A stretch of DNA of 57,414 nucleotides, filler included, from Dimargaris cristalligena (Eukaryota), in NCBI GenBank assembly GCA_003614675.1. It is 3 parts of 3 records of this genome, joined end to end, with 100 filler letters (N's around TTAATTAATTAA, not from the genome) between each part and the next. Parts side by side here need not be neighbours in the genome. Positions count along the whole stretch, not along the records: positions 1 to 19,118 come from ML002739.1; positions 19,219 to 38,271 come from ML002740.1; 1 more part is not named here. One strand, 5' to 3'. A program made the position numbers and the translations under genes. Shown here one piece after another: positions 11,326 through 22,388 of the stretch. Under the pieces are notes generated by a model. That model was not told the origin of the DNA. It saw only the letters and a program-made list of their open reading frames with translations, and ran no database searches. Positions within the stretch are counted from its first letter, which is position 1. The number at the start of each line of letters is the position of its first letter.

Positions 11326-12680
11326 GATGCGGTAACAAAGAGGAAATGATCAAAACTGTGAATAAATAAAGCAGCGAAAACACGTGCCAGGGTAGGTTAT
11401 CATTATAAAGGAAACTAAGAGGACGAAAAAGAAAATAACGAAGCGGGCACAATGGCAATAAAAATAGGAAGTCAAGGCGAGGCGGGAGAGCTTAATGTAT
11501 TGATTTACCTTTAGGATGAACGTGACGCCGGTGGGGTGACGCGTTCCGCAATAATTGGCTGGGTCGATTGGAATAGCGGCGTTGTGAGGCTAAATAGCCC
11601 AGCTGGTGGTATTTGAAGTGAAGGAAGGGCTGGGGATACACAGGTACAACGTTAACGTGACGCAGAGCCGAATGCATGAGCGGAATCGGCGGAGTAGCAC
11701 GCTGGGTGGCAATGCAGAGGAGAAAAGAATGGTAATGGTCGGAGTAGAGTTGGGCAAAGGCCGACAGGGTGGAATGAGCGTCCACGGGGTTGTGACTAGG
11801 TTTAATAGGTGGGTCAGGAAGAGTAAACCTTGTAGGTGGTATAAGCGGACTGGTGCACATGGGCTATTCTCTAAGGCCAGCTACTCGAATGCGCCACAAG
11901 GGGAAGACGGAAGGCTCGTTTATAGATAGTGAGGTGAGGCTGAGGAATGGGAATATAGACAACAAGACGTAAGTGGAACCAGGGAAGGCTGGGTCTATTG
12001 ACGAGAAGTTCAGCTACGTCAACTTGGGAGGTCAGCTCGAGTTAAAAGCAGGGGGCCAACAGCAACTAAGGAGAGTACCACTATCCCGCTTAATTGTTGA
12101 CGTAAGTTATTGCGATATTTGATCACTCCATCAGCCCCAATAGTCAAGATCTACTGCAGCAATTCATCAATTTAGACACTGCAGCAGAAACAATAATTAC
12201 CTCACTTCCATAGTTAGTTTAACCAAGCGTGGGCCCCATCCACCTATTTGGGACATTGGTTGACGTCATAGCTCAATAATGGCCCATTTCCTGCCCACCA
12301 TCCGACAAGGCTGCTTTGGGTGATAGGGTCGAAACATCCAGAATGCCAAAATCGGGTTGATTGGGCAGGCCCTTGTGTAGGGAGGTTTAAGGGAGTAGCT
12401 CACAGTGCTTAAGCTACAATAATTCCAATAATGCACATTCCATCCGGACGGGCATACTCGCAGAAATAAACACCCAGGTGCTTGGAAGCATGAGAGGGCC
12501 CATCATGGATTCATCGCGTCTTTGGGTATATTCCATAGGAAAAGTAAAACATCACATTTATAATCATCTTTGGAAACAGCCAAGGAAGGGGGAGTTAATT
12601 TCCCCCCTAGGCCATCTGTGAAGAAACAATGCCAACGACCAAAAGTAATAATAAAAGGGCACATTGGCCAGCCCATCAAT

Positions 12681-15600
12681 TTAGTGGATCTGCAGTGGAA
12701 GAGTGAGTGTTGTTCGGGTCAGTAGTAATTGCAAAGTCGATCTTTCAACTAAAGCGCAGCAAACGTGCAAGTATAAGGGCTGGCTGATATCCGCCTGGTA
12801 GGTTGACAGGGCCGCGCGACTGGGTAATGCTATGGGTAGAGTTCCTCGGAAAAATCCGTTATTGACGGCTAAACGCTGGCTACTGGGTGGGGCAACAGCG
12901 TAAAGCTGGGTGTCTGCGGCCTGTGGTTTTACAACGCATGACGAGTCAATATGATATTAAAACGACAACAACAACATATAAACCCGCAGTAGGTTAGTTT
13001 TAAACGAAGACAGCTATACCTAATATGGCTAAATAAGAGGCGATAGTAATAGAATTGGGCTCCCCCTATACTAAAGATAGAATGTGTACCTTTACGTCAC
13101 CCTGGCTAACGAACCACTGGTACAAGTCGGATAGCTGGTAGATGTATTCCAAGGGAATGCGGGCCCGGGTGCTAACGAAGGTCAGTGTATCAACGGCAAT
13201 GTATTTGGATCTGGAAGGACGCCGTCCCCCATCCACAGCAGAAGAAGCGGGCAGGGTAGGTACCATATTGGTCGACCCGGATTCCCGTAAAAAGCCCTCG
13301 ACCTTGATCATAAAGATCTCCCCGCCTTGAGCGGCGAGGGGGGTATTAGGAACAGCCGGCTGTGGCTCCGCGCTCAACTATAGTGGGGGTAGCGGTAATA
13401 GTGAATGATAGCCAAAGGGTAAACCGGGCCAATTAATCACTATTGAAAGTAATCGCGCAAATTAACTGCAAATATCACTGCTTAATATGATCTAGCCTAG
13501 TAGTCGTCCACTAGTAGAACCGTATGTATATATTGCCACAAGCCCAAGTACATGGATCGGGTGAAACTTACCTGGATTAAATAATGTTCAGGACTATTGA
13601 ACCAAAATCGGGACAGATACAGGGGGGTTTGGCCAAGCGACTGCAGCACCTGCCGGAGGTTATCTTCCTCCAGTCGGGGGAGCCCCTCAGCCGTCTCGGG
13701 CACAGACCCCGCGGTAGACTCCGGCCCCCATACTTCATCCGGTAATGACCGGAGGTATGTAAACGTTAGGGAATATACATAATATAGGGCGTAGTCGGTC
13801 AGACCACCGGCCGAGTCGGGTTCAGAGGCTTCCATCATATCCAGGTGCATCATATTATCATCACCATCGCCGTCGTTATTATTGTCGACGGGCATGTGTG
13901 ACGAAGACAATGCCATGTCAGAATCGACGGTCGCACGCCGTTTGCTTTCCCGGTACCGTAACTCAGTTAACCGATGCACCACCGTAGGGTCCAGAATAAC
14001 CGGGGTGGTATTCCCAGTATCACCGGCTGCCTCCAACCACTGTCGAAAGTGAAATTGGAGGGCGACCGTGACCAGTGCGTAAGAATCGAGTATGTAATAG
14101 GTACTCTGATCCATGCCCGAAAATGCATTCTGCAAGCACCGTAACCAGTCACTGAGTTGTTCCGTAGTCTGAATCAAGTGGTGCAGCGCCCGCAGATCAA
14201 TCGACTGCGTGGGATTCAGTTCGCGGGTGCGCAGCCAGATGAGACCTAAGCGACATACATCCTTAAATTTTGCATGGCAGCTCAAATAGCCGCACTGGAA
14301 AGTACGGTCAAAACCAAGGCTAGATATGGCTCCCAGAATATCCAGGGCATCGCTATTCCGCAGAGTGTAATCCAGCAAGCCCTTGGTAGCGCTGGGTGAG
14401 GCCGACGGAGAGGCTGGGATGGTTAGCTCCCGGTCGGCGAGAAACTGCAGGAGGTTCCACCAAAGGGTGACAGAGGAACTAGGCCGCTCCGGCTGTTGAA
14501 GGAGGGGATCCAGGGTCATCCGTGCCGCGCGCCAGCTGCCGTAAGCGGCGAGTTTACGGAAGGCCCGGTACAAAGGAACGCTGGAGGGGGCCGTAGAGAC
14601 GCTACGGTCACGAAGGAAGGTGTACCATTGGTTATGGAAAGATTCGCTCAGAGTTGGCAAGTCTAAACGGGATTCCATAGGATCATTTAGGATTAAGCCC
14701 AGCGCCATCAAGCCATGGGTGAATATCTGAATTAGGGCGCCGTCGCATTTCCCTCCGCTGGGCGGTTGGTGTGATTGGGATTTCAGCTCCTGGAGTGGGG
14801 CTTGGATGGCCACAATATAGTCCGCCAGTCGATTCGATTGGCGGTAAAACCGATAAACTTGCTGGTCTATAAATCTGAGGGCTGTGTTGTCTAGCGTAAG
14901 GTAAAGGGAGAATAAACGATCGGTGGGGATCCACTGGCCTGCCGACTGACTATCACGAGCATGGTTATGTCCCAATGCGACTAGACCGGCGAAGAGGCGT
15001 TCCAACGCGGGCCGTAAGCTGGGTTCCGAGCTGGCGCTGACCACCCGGATGCATTCGACAGTTAGTTCGGCGGTGGTCCGGTTCATGGCTATAGTGGGAG
15101 TGAAGTTCCTACTCTCAGTGGAATCCAGCTCTACTATGTGGGTAATCAAAACGGCCAGCTGGCCAGCTGCGGCGGCCAATTCCAAATGAGCTGGGTTTAG
15201 CAATTGGTGACAGATGGTAACCAGGTCGACTAACTGGTCCCGCTGGCCCGGTGGGGTGGGGAACATCGGCAGGTCGGGCCGGTTGAGCATCGCGTGAATC
15301 GCCTGGACCGCCAGCTGGGCTAGTTCCGGGTGGGCGGTGTTGGCCTTTAAGTTGGTAATTAGCTTTGTGAGATGCTCGGGCCGGAACACAAGATCGCGGG
15401 TTGTAAGTAGTCTAATACAGATCAAAGTCTCCCGCTGCCACAGCTGGGCGGTGTTAGCAGTGCTGGATGGTTGATCGTCCGACTTCTTCAGATGGGCCAA
15501 TGCCTGTTGTGAAGGCGGCTGCTGAGGTTGATGATGATGATGATGATGATCCAGTAAACTGAAGACATGGTTAAGGAGCTCGCCGATATCCACCAGCGTA

Positions 15601-16409
15601 TGGGTAGCCAAATGGGTCGCCGTTTTCATGACGTACAAACTCAGTTCGGATGCCGTCCGTTCACTCAGCCACGTGAAACAGAGCCGGCGGGCCTCATCGG
15701 CGAGGGCCGGATCCTTGTACATATGCCTTAACATGTACACCAACCGACATTTAGCCGGGCCCAACGTACGGGGCGCATGGATCAGGTAGGTCAGGGTCGG
15801 CCACAACGCCTTGGGAAACGAGGCCGAGGCCTGACACACCTGATCGGCGGCATGAATCGCTGCCGCGGCCTCTACCGGGTGGGTCGATGACAGCCGCCTT
15901 AGAATCGCGTGTTGCACGTCCAGACGCTCGCCCAACCGCCGTGCGAAACACCCCAACGTCCGCAGTGCCAGAATCCGGGCCAACGGGTCCGTCATACCCA
16001 CCACCGCCAGAATACGCCGCGCCAGTTCGTTACTATTCAGGATCCGCCCCATGTAACTCTGTAGCCGGTAGAAGGTTTGCAGAATAAAGTACCGCAGGCC
16101 ATTATGGCCAGACCGGAATAGCTCGGCCAGTTTGAGGAAGCCGGTGTTGACGATGAGCGGGAAGGGACAATGCCGGAACAGTCGTTCGAACTCGAGAATC
16201 GCCCGGATTTGGGTACCCAGGCGCTGTTGGCGACAGGCTGCTTCAAGTTCCAGAAGGCGTTTAAAGGCCACGTCGGCAGTGGGCGGTTGGTCCCGGTCTT
16301 TGATAACATCGAAAGCATCCGGACGGGTAGTGAAGGGTAGCGCGCTAAATGCGGGAGGGGGCGGAGTCGGCGATGCCGTGGCCCGTGTCGTGGCCAGAAA
16401 GGCGGCCAT
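12681..16409 (-). CDS. INTS7: Integrator complex subunit 7; exons 16409-13572, 13377-13090, 12920-12681 (~1121 aa)
   Basis: The N-terminus QIRAILEFERLFRHCPFPLIVNTGFLKLAELFRSGHNGLR...DPLARILALRTLG matches the INTS7 N-terminal signature as I recall it. Phase-0 introns CAG|GTAAGT...TAG (13571-13378) and AAG|GTACAC...CAG (13089-12921) join the 970-aa and 103-aa ORFs to a final 79-codon exon ending at TAA 12683-12681. Confidence 0.88.
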
Positions 16410-17832
16410 GGTTCCTTTAAGTAAACAAATTAAAACTAAAAATAAACCAAATAGGGGGAAGTTTACAAAACTGCGGGGAAGATGGAGGGAGGAACCTCTA
16501 AGTAATTAGCCAACCTTGGTAATTATACTTTTTTGGAAAGGGAGGGGGGATTGGAAGCCGATGTTTTCCAACCCTCTGAGCACATGCCAATCCGCTTATG
16601 CTACCAATTCGATGGTGGGACTGGATAATAATAGAATCCCCCACAACCGTGTAATAGCGTGATGGCTAAGACGCGTATTCCCTGTTAAAAAAAGCATCGC
16701 CTGCCTTTATTGCCCCATACCTAATATCTAAAACCGTGCATAGTTGCCTTGAGTTCCAACTATATGATATTAACAACATGTTATGGTGCCGACCGAAAAT
16801 ACCCATCCATGTTAAGGACATAAAACGAGCCATCCCAGGAATCCAGGCCTAATCGTTCCAAACTGGGTTTGATAACTTCATCGCGTGAATGGCTTTTTGT
16901 AAATCGACTTTGTTATATCCTATATGGCTGGCTGTTACCCCAAGAGCATTCTTATAAGCACTCCACAGTCCAGGACGTAGACGAAGCAATGGTAAAAAAA
17001 GAGGGGGAGTATTCTTATTCAGATAGAGAAGGCTGCCAAAGGATAGTCGCAGCCCAGCAACAGCAATGCCATTTTGATTAATTGCGACAATTGTGATGTG
17101 GTGTGAAGGCTAGCCTGCGTTACTATTGTGCAACCCAATTCATGAAAGCATGAAAGAACCACTGGACTACGCACAATTCAGAATTGTAATTCCCTGCCCC
17201 AACTGTCCCAAGCACCAAAATCCAGAGGGAACAAACTGCAACTTAATTTGCATCATTTACCACAATTATACTTAGATGGTTATTTGCAACTCCCGGACTA
17301 TCTATGGCTATAATAAATTGTTGAAGTCCTGGAGGCTTCAACCTTCCTATTAGGACACAGCATTGGGTATTGTTCATGGTATGGTCAGACTGTGACTATT
17401 TCATTGGCAGTTTCATCAGTTGGGCCTATCCTAACCAGATACATTAGCAGTATATTGTAATACTTGACCAGGATATTTTTTTCCAAATAAACCATGCAGT
17501 AGGCTCCACTACAGAGTCCAGTGTTCTTCACTGGGTTAATTATATTTGTCCACAAATAGCAAGTTATGTAGAAGAAATTACCTGTAAAGAAACCTTGGTC
17601 ATAGCCAAATCCCCAGGCTGGGTGCCATAAGTATGGGAATAAGCCATAGCACCAATACATTATACCTAATTATACCTCAATATCAGATTTTTAATACCAA
17701 ATGGCACAATGTAGACTTTAATGCTGCAATATAAATTGACAACAAAGGAAATGAGTTGGTATAGCTATTGTACCTTATCACATTCTTAATTCCCATTAAC
17801 AATTAGGGTATTATCTACCAAATAATTATACG

Positions 17833-18787
17833 TATCACCTGGGTTTACCACTCTTAGTCCATCAAGAGTCCTAAGGATAGGCTTCTAACAGTAGGTGGGG
17901 CTTAGACTCAGTCAAGTGGGCTACTAATGTCAGGTGCAAGGTACAATACTAACTAATAAAGGCTTAGTAGTAGGGATATGTAAGGGACATGCAGTGGGCA
18001 CACTTATATCATGACTGGTTAATTCAAACTACAAGAATAACCAGCCATATAAGTAAAAAACCCATACCAATTAATGGGTAAATTAACATTTAATATTATA
18101 GAAATATATCCCTATTATCCTACTATATTTTATTACTGTCATTATATTCCCCTTATTCTCTAGTTACTGATTCTTATTTATTAATCATCACTATTCCCCC
18201 CTACCCCTTAAGTTTAAATATAACCCCAGCCATTTCCCCACAGCTTGCTCTTTAGCTTACAACTTCCCTTTTATTTTGTCTTATTCTGATATTTTATTTT
18301 AAAAAACTTATTCCTATCTTTCCAAGTCCTGTTTATCCTGTGGTACCTGGCCTTAATACTAGCCCATCATAATAACTTACTAGTCAGTACAAGAGTGAGT
18401 GAGTATATATAGAATTTATTAGGTGTAAACTAGGGGTAAGAATAAGCAAAGGGATCTAACTGATCCCAATGGGACCTGGTTATATATATGTAGGGACAAC
18501 TCCAGAGGGAGGTCCTAAGGGAATAATACTATGAATACTAAGGTATAGATAAATAAGATACCTGGATAGTTGCAGGTATCCAGAAGACTCTGATGGTAAC
18601 TGGAAGAGACTTTGGATTAGTACTTAAATCATTAGTGCAAAGAAGTAGTCCAGAAGGGGAAGAGTTATATGATATGATGATCCCATAGTACCAGGAGTAA
18701 CCATAGGAAGTTTAATATGGTACTATAAGGCCTAATATGGTTGGCTGCCTAATCCAGCTAGATTAATGAGGATTAGATGGTCTAATA
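17833..18787 (-). mobile_element. Solo LTR, family 1, copy C, interrupted by a nested element
   Basis: 17833-18006 plus 18375-18787 reconstruct a full reverse copy. Flanks ATACG (17828-17832) and ATATA (18788-18792) fit a decayed 5-bp TSD. Confidence 0.8.
18007..18374. mobile_element. Nested solo LTR of a second family (368 bp)
   Basis: Perfect 5-bp TSD ACTTA (18002-18006 and 18375-18379). Inverted termini TATCATGA...TCATAATA fit decayed TGTCATGA...TCATGACA. Confidence 0.8.
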
Positions 18788-18873
18788 ATATAGAATATGA
18801 CTATGTATATAGCCTACCTTATTAGGGAGGGGGAAGGGGTAGTAAGTTACCCTATTCTATACTTAGTTAATAA

Positions 18874-18970
18874 TATTAGCCTACTTAACTACTCTTAATC
18901 CAGCAAGTTAAGACTCTAACTATATTAGGCCTTATCATACTGTATTAGCTTTCCCATAGTTACACCTGGT
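18874..18970 (+). mobile_element. Truncated 5' fragment of a family-1 LTR (copy E)
   Basis: 18894-18970 is the reverse complement of 7774-7850 with one mismatch. Confidence 0.7.
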
Positions 18971-19118
18971 GTAGTGAACTTACCACATTTTTTACCTACT
19001 TTTATTTTTTATCTATTTTTCGCACTTATCAGAAGTACGCCCCCTGATGAGTGAATGAGCCCCTGCCCCTGCCCCTGACCGGATGATACCCCTGCATTCA
19101 CACTGCCCCTGGCCCGAC

Positions 19119-19218
19119 NNNNNNNNNNNNNNNNNNNNNNNNNNNNNNNNNNNNNNNNNNNNTTAATTAATTAANNNNNNNNNNNNNNNNNNNNNNNNNN
19201 NNNNNNNNNNNNNNNNNN
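19119..19218. other. Assembly linker (N44-TTAATTAATTAA-N44), contig junction
   Basis: Exactly 100 bp: 44 N, the six-frame stop 12-mer TTAATTAATTAA at 19163-19174, then 44 N. Confidence 0.97.
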
Positions 19219-19284
19219 TGCGGGGCGTCCGTGGATCTGATACAAACTCTGAATAGCCCCTTCAGTCAGGGCGGCGGGAATTCC
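19219..19284 (-). pseudogene. Inverted paralogous copy of dehydratase exon 2, running off the contig start
   Basis: Reverse complement reads ctag|GGA ATT CCC GCC GCC CTG ACT GAA GGG GCT ATT CAG AGT TTG TAT CAG ATC CAC GGA CGC CCC GCA (GIPAALTEGAIQSLYQIHGRPA). It is 61/66 nt identical to 19631-19696. Confidence 0.7.
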
Positions 19285-19467
19285 CTAGCATTTTATTCCC
19301 AGGTGGCGTTCACTCCCACTGGCCGAAACATCTCAGTCCCGTCCCCGAGCCCACCAGTTACCAACATTCGACTCATTCCATCCGATTTATAAGGTCGAAT
19401 TCCTTCAGCAGCATTCGCATTCCCTTAAGTTCCCAGACATAGTTTCTTCTAGCAGGCTCTGCCGAGT

Positions 19468-20948
19468 ATGGCCACCGCGAAAGTACGCATTGGTTTCCAG
19501 GTAGGTTGCGTGCCTCTCGGGAAGGCCGGTGGTGGAACCTCCTCATTCAACTATATTCGGTTACCTGTTGCAAATATTTACTGTGTATAAGACCTCTACC
19601 TATTGCCACGCCATGACCATGTAATATTAGGGAATACCCGGGGCCCTGACTGAAGGGGCTATTCAGAGTTTATACCAGATCCACGGACGCCCCGCATTTG
19701 GGGGCCATGGGCTGGATATTGTACCATTTGAGACCATTGATCAAGTAAGCCAAATAACATATATAGATTTTAGTTACGATAGGTGGTTCTTAATTAAACG
19801 TTACTATTCTTAATACAGTGTCCCTTAATCGATGATAAGAAAATATATCGTATTAGGCGATGACTTTGGCCCCTCTTACCATCCCTATTAGGCCCAATTA
19901 TAACCTACCCATACTGCCACATACCCCTCCGTCCTTCTCGCCTTAGCTTTTCCAAGCCCTTTACGACCATGGCATTGATCACCTTCTGATACCGATTGAA
20001 ACAACCCAGTCAGGGACCATCCACTCCACCATGGACCGCCTCATTTCCGCGCGCCCCCCACTCTACATGACCGGCGAATTCATTTATTCCGAGCCCTACT
20101 GCCTACTCGCCCCCGCGGGCACCCGGCTTGCTGATATTCGTGAGATCCACAGCCACTCCAGTGTCCTCGAACAGTGCCACCGGTTCATTACCCAGGGCCT
20201 TCCCCAGAGCCCCCATATCGTATGCGTACAGGCTGCTAGCACGGCATCGGGGGCCCGGCGAGTGGCGGAACTGGCTCGACATGACCGGCTGTCGCTGTTA
20301 CACCACATGCGGTTGGTGGATGGACCCCGGTTACCCACGACCAGCTACACGCAACATGGGGTCCGACCCACAAGTGTGGACGTCTCGTATCGGGCGGCTA
20401 TTGCGGGTGCCTCGGCCGCCCGGCTCTACCATTTGGAAGTATTAGATACTTCGTCCTCGAGTGGCAGTGGCCCCCGGAACTCCCGGGCCAATAGAACAGG
20501 AACAGGATCGGAGGTGGGGGTGGGAACTACTGGGTCAGGTTCGGGGTCACCCACGCACCCGTCCTTCCCCTTAGGGCCAGCCGATCAGTCCCACCAAGCT
20601 CTCACTCGCTACGCCCTGGTGAGTCCCCAGCCCGTCGAACCCGAGCGCCACCAGGACCCCAAAACCTCCCTGGCCATCACGGTAGCCAATCGTTCGGGCT
20701 CCTTATTTAAAGTACTGGGGTGTTTTGCTTTGCGCGATATTAATGTGTGTAAACTGGAATCCCGGCCCTCCCGTCGCTCTTCCCGTCGTTCCCGCTTATC
20801 GGCGCCCTGGGAATACGTCATTTACGTGGATGTGGACGGCTCCGAAAATATCGACGACCCGGTACGTCATGCGATTGCTAACCTCCGAGAGTTTGCGGAT
20901 AAAGTTCAGGTGTTGGGGTGTTATCCGCGGTATACGCCCTTGGACTAA
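19468..20948 (+). CDS. PHA2: Prephenate/arogenate dehydratase with C-terminal ACT domain; exons 19468-19500, 19631-19744, 19947-20948 (~382 aa)
   Basis: Spliced N-terminus MATAKVRIGFQ|GIPGALTEGA (PDT G-x-x-G-A-x-S/T-E motif), then IPIETTQSGTI, IHSHSSVLEQC, ASTASGA, TRY, and the ACT region KTSL...GSLFKVLGCFALRDINVCKLESRP...WEYVIYVD...LGCYP. Both GT-AG introns are phase 0 and join in frame to ORF 20031-20948. Confidence 0.9.
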
Positions 20949-22244
20949 AAAAAAATACGCCGTCATCTCCGCACATACATACACACATACATACATACTC
21001 GTGGGGCACGTAGTTTGTGATCAGCTATTACATTGTATTCGCAAATAATTGGTTGTTTGAGTGGTATTTATATGTCATATTTATATAAAGGTATAGTCTA
21101 GTGTATATTTCCACATTTCCTATAATACGTTTTTGATCAGTTCTGGAAAGCTATGGGGCCCCATTACCCCAGATTGAAGTACTACACCTCACATGTCGGG
21201 GGGTATCTTGTGGGTCGATTCAAGACGGATCCGAAAATTGCCAACACTGTCCTTATTACTTTTCGGTAAGAACCATACTCTTATCCGATAAGGACATTTG
21301 AGATTTTTGCGACATTGGTTTCCAGGTCGTTGTTATTCTCGTTCTGTAAATAAATGATGATACATCAGTACCAGACCACATCCACCGCCCAAGCCCCATA
21401 CTGAATTCACCTGAAATATCTGTAAGCCTTGCTATCGTTATGGCCCACAGCGACACTGGCCCCTACTAGTCGTTGGGGCCGACCCAATTCCTAATCACCC
21501 AGCCCATATAGCCAAATTCGGGGATCTATGCAAACGGGATAACCATGCATAAATGAGAGTTCCCCCACTCCCGCTACCCTTGTCCTCTTCTCCATGCTAT
21601 TATCCAAAGAAAGCGGGTCATCCCAACTCTATATTATGCATCGGCCCATTTCACCAGTCGATGGAGATATACCCGTTCTTCATGTTTCATAAAATAGGTT
21701 CATCGAGGCGGATTCCAAAACAGGGCATTTCCCTCTACTTACCTGCAGTGTAAGGTGGTGTAGTCCCTCCTCCCCTCCCCTGCCTTCTCTTTTTAAAATG
21801 GCTGCATCAGCTGGTATTGTCTTCGTGTAAATACGGCATAAACGCACCTCATCTACCCCTAATCATCGATCATCTCTGCCCACTACCAACTATATATGAC
21901 TTAAGCATGGGGGGGGAGTGCGACAAAACAGACACACATGTACAATAAGTTTAGTAAGCCGGGTAGCTTTGATATCGGCCGTGTTTTTTGGTGATGGGGG
22001 TGGAAATGGAAGTGGGATATCGGTATAAACCGGGTAGCAGCGGCTTCAACTCAAGCACCGGCTAGGCGGGCGGGTAGATCATCATCACGAGTACTGGTTA
22101 GTTTTGTGGGGGTACAAGGCAAGCCTAGTAGAGTAAGTATGTGGCCTGGTGAGCACCCCAACTTGGGAGGAGTTGGCGTCATGTGGGATTAAAACCCTTG
22201 TTCGAGAGCCCAAAGAGGGGTCTGGAAGGGCCAATCTGTTGATT

Positions 22245-22388
22245 ATATGGGAGAAGTTCATTCAGGCTGTATAACGAAAAATCCACTGGATGAGGCCAAT
22301 ATTACTGGTTAAAAGCTATTTTCACATATGTTCGCCCATACACGTATTATGTAAAGCCCTATACAGCTGGTTTGAATTTCATCCATAT
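22245..22388 (-). mobile_element. 144-bp MITE (ATAT-bounded family)
   Basis: ATATGGGAGAAGTTCA...TGAATTTCATCCATAT, a reverse-orientation copy. Confidence 0.85.

Noticed and set aside
16650-16740. tRNA-like A-box stretch (also at ~30735-30760)
   Set aside because: I could not form a T-arm/B-box or an acceptor stem.
19163-19174. TTAATTAATTAA palindrome (also at 38316-38327) as a biological site
   Set aside because: It is centred in N runs of fixed length and is a standard six-frame stop linker.
21250-21750. Minus-strand splice-like signals (CAG|GTAAGT near 21748; GTGAAT...TACTGAT...TACAG at ~21410-21344)
   Set aside because: I could not assemble a convincing multi-exon ORF; at most a decayed gene.
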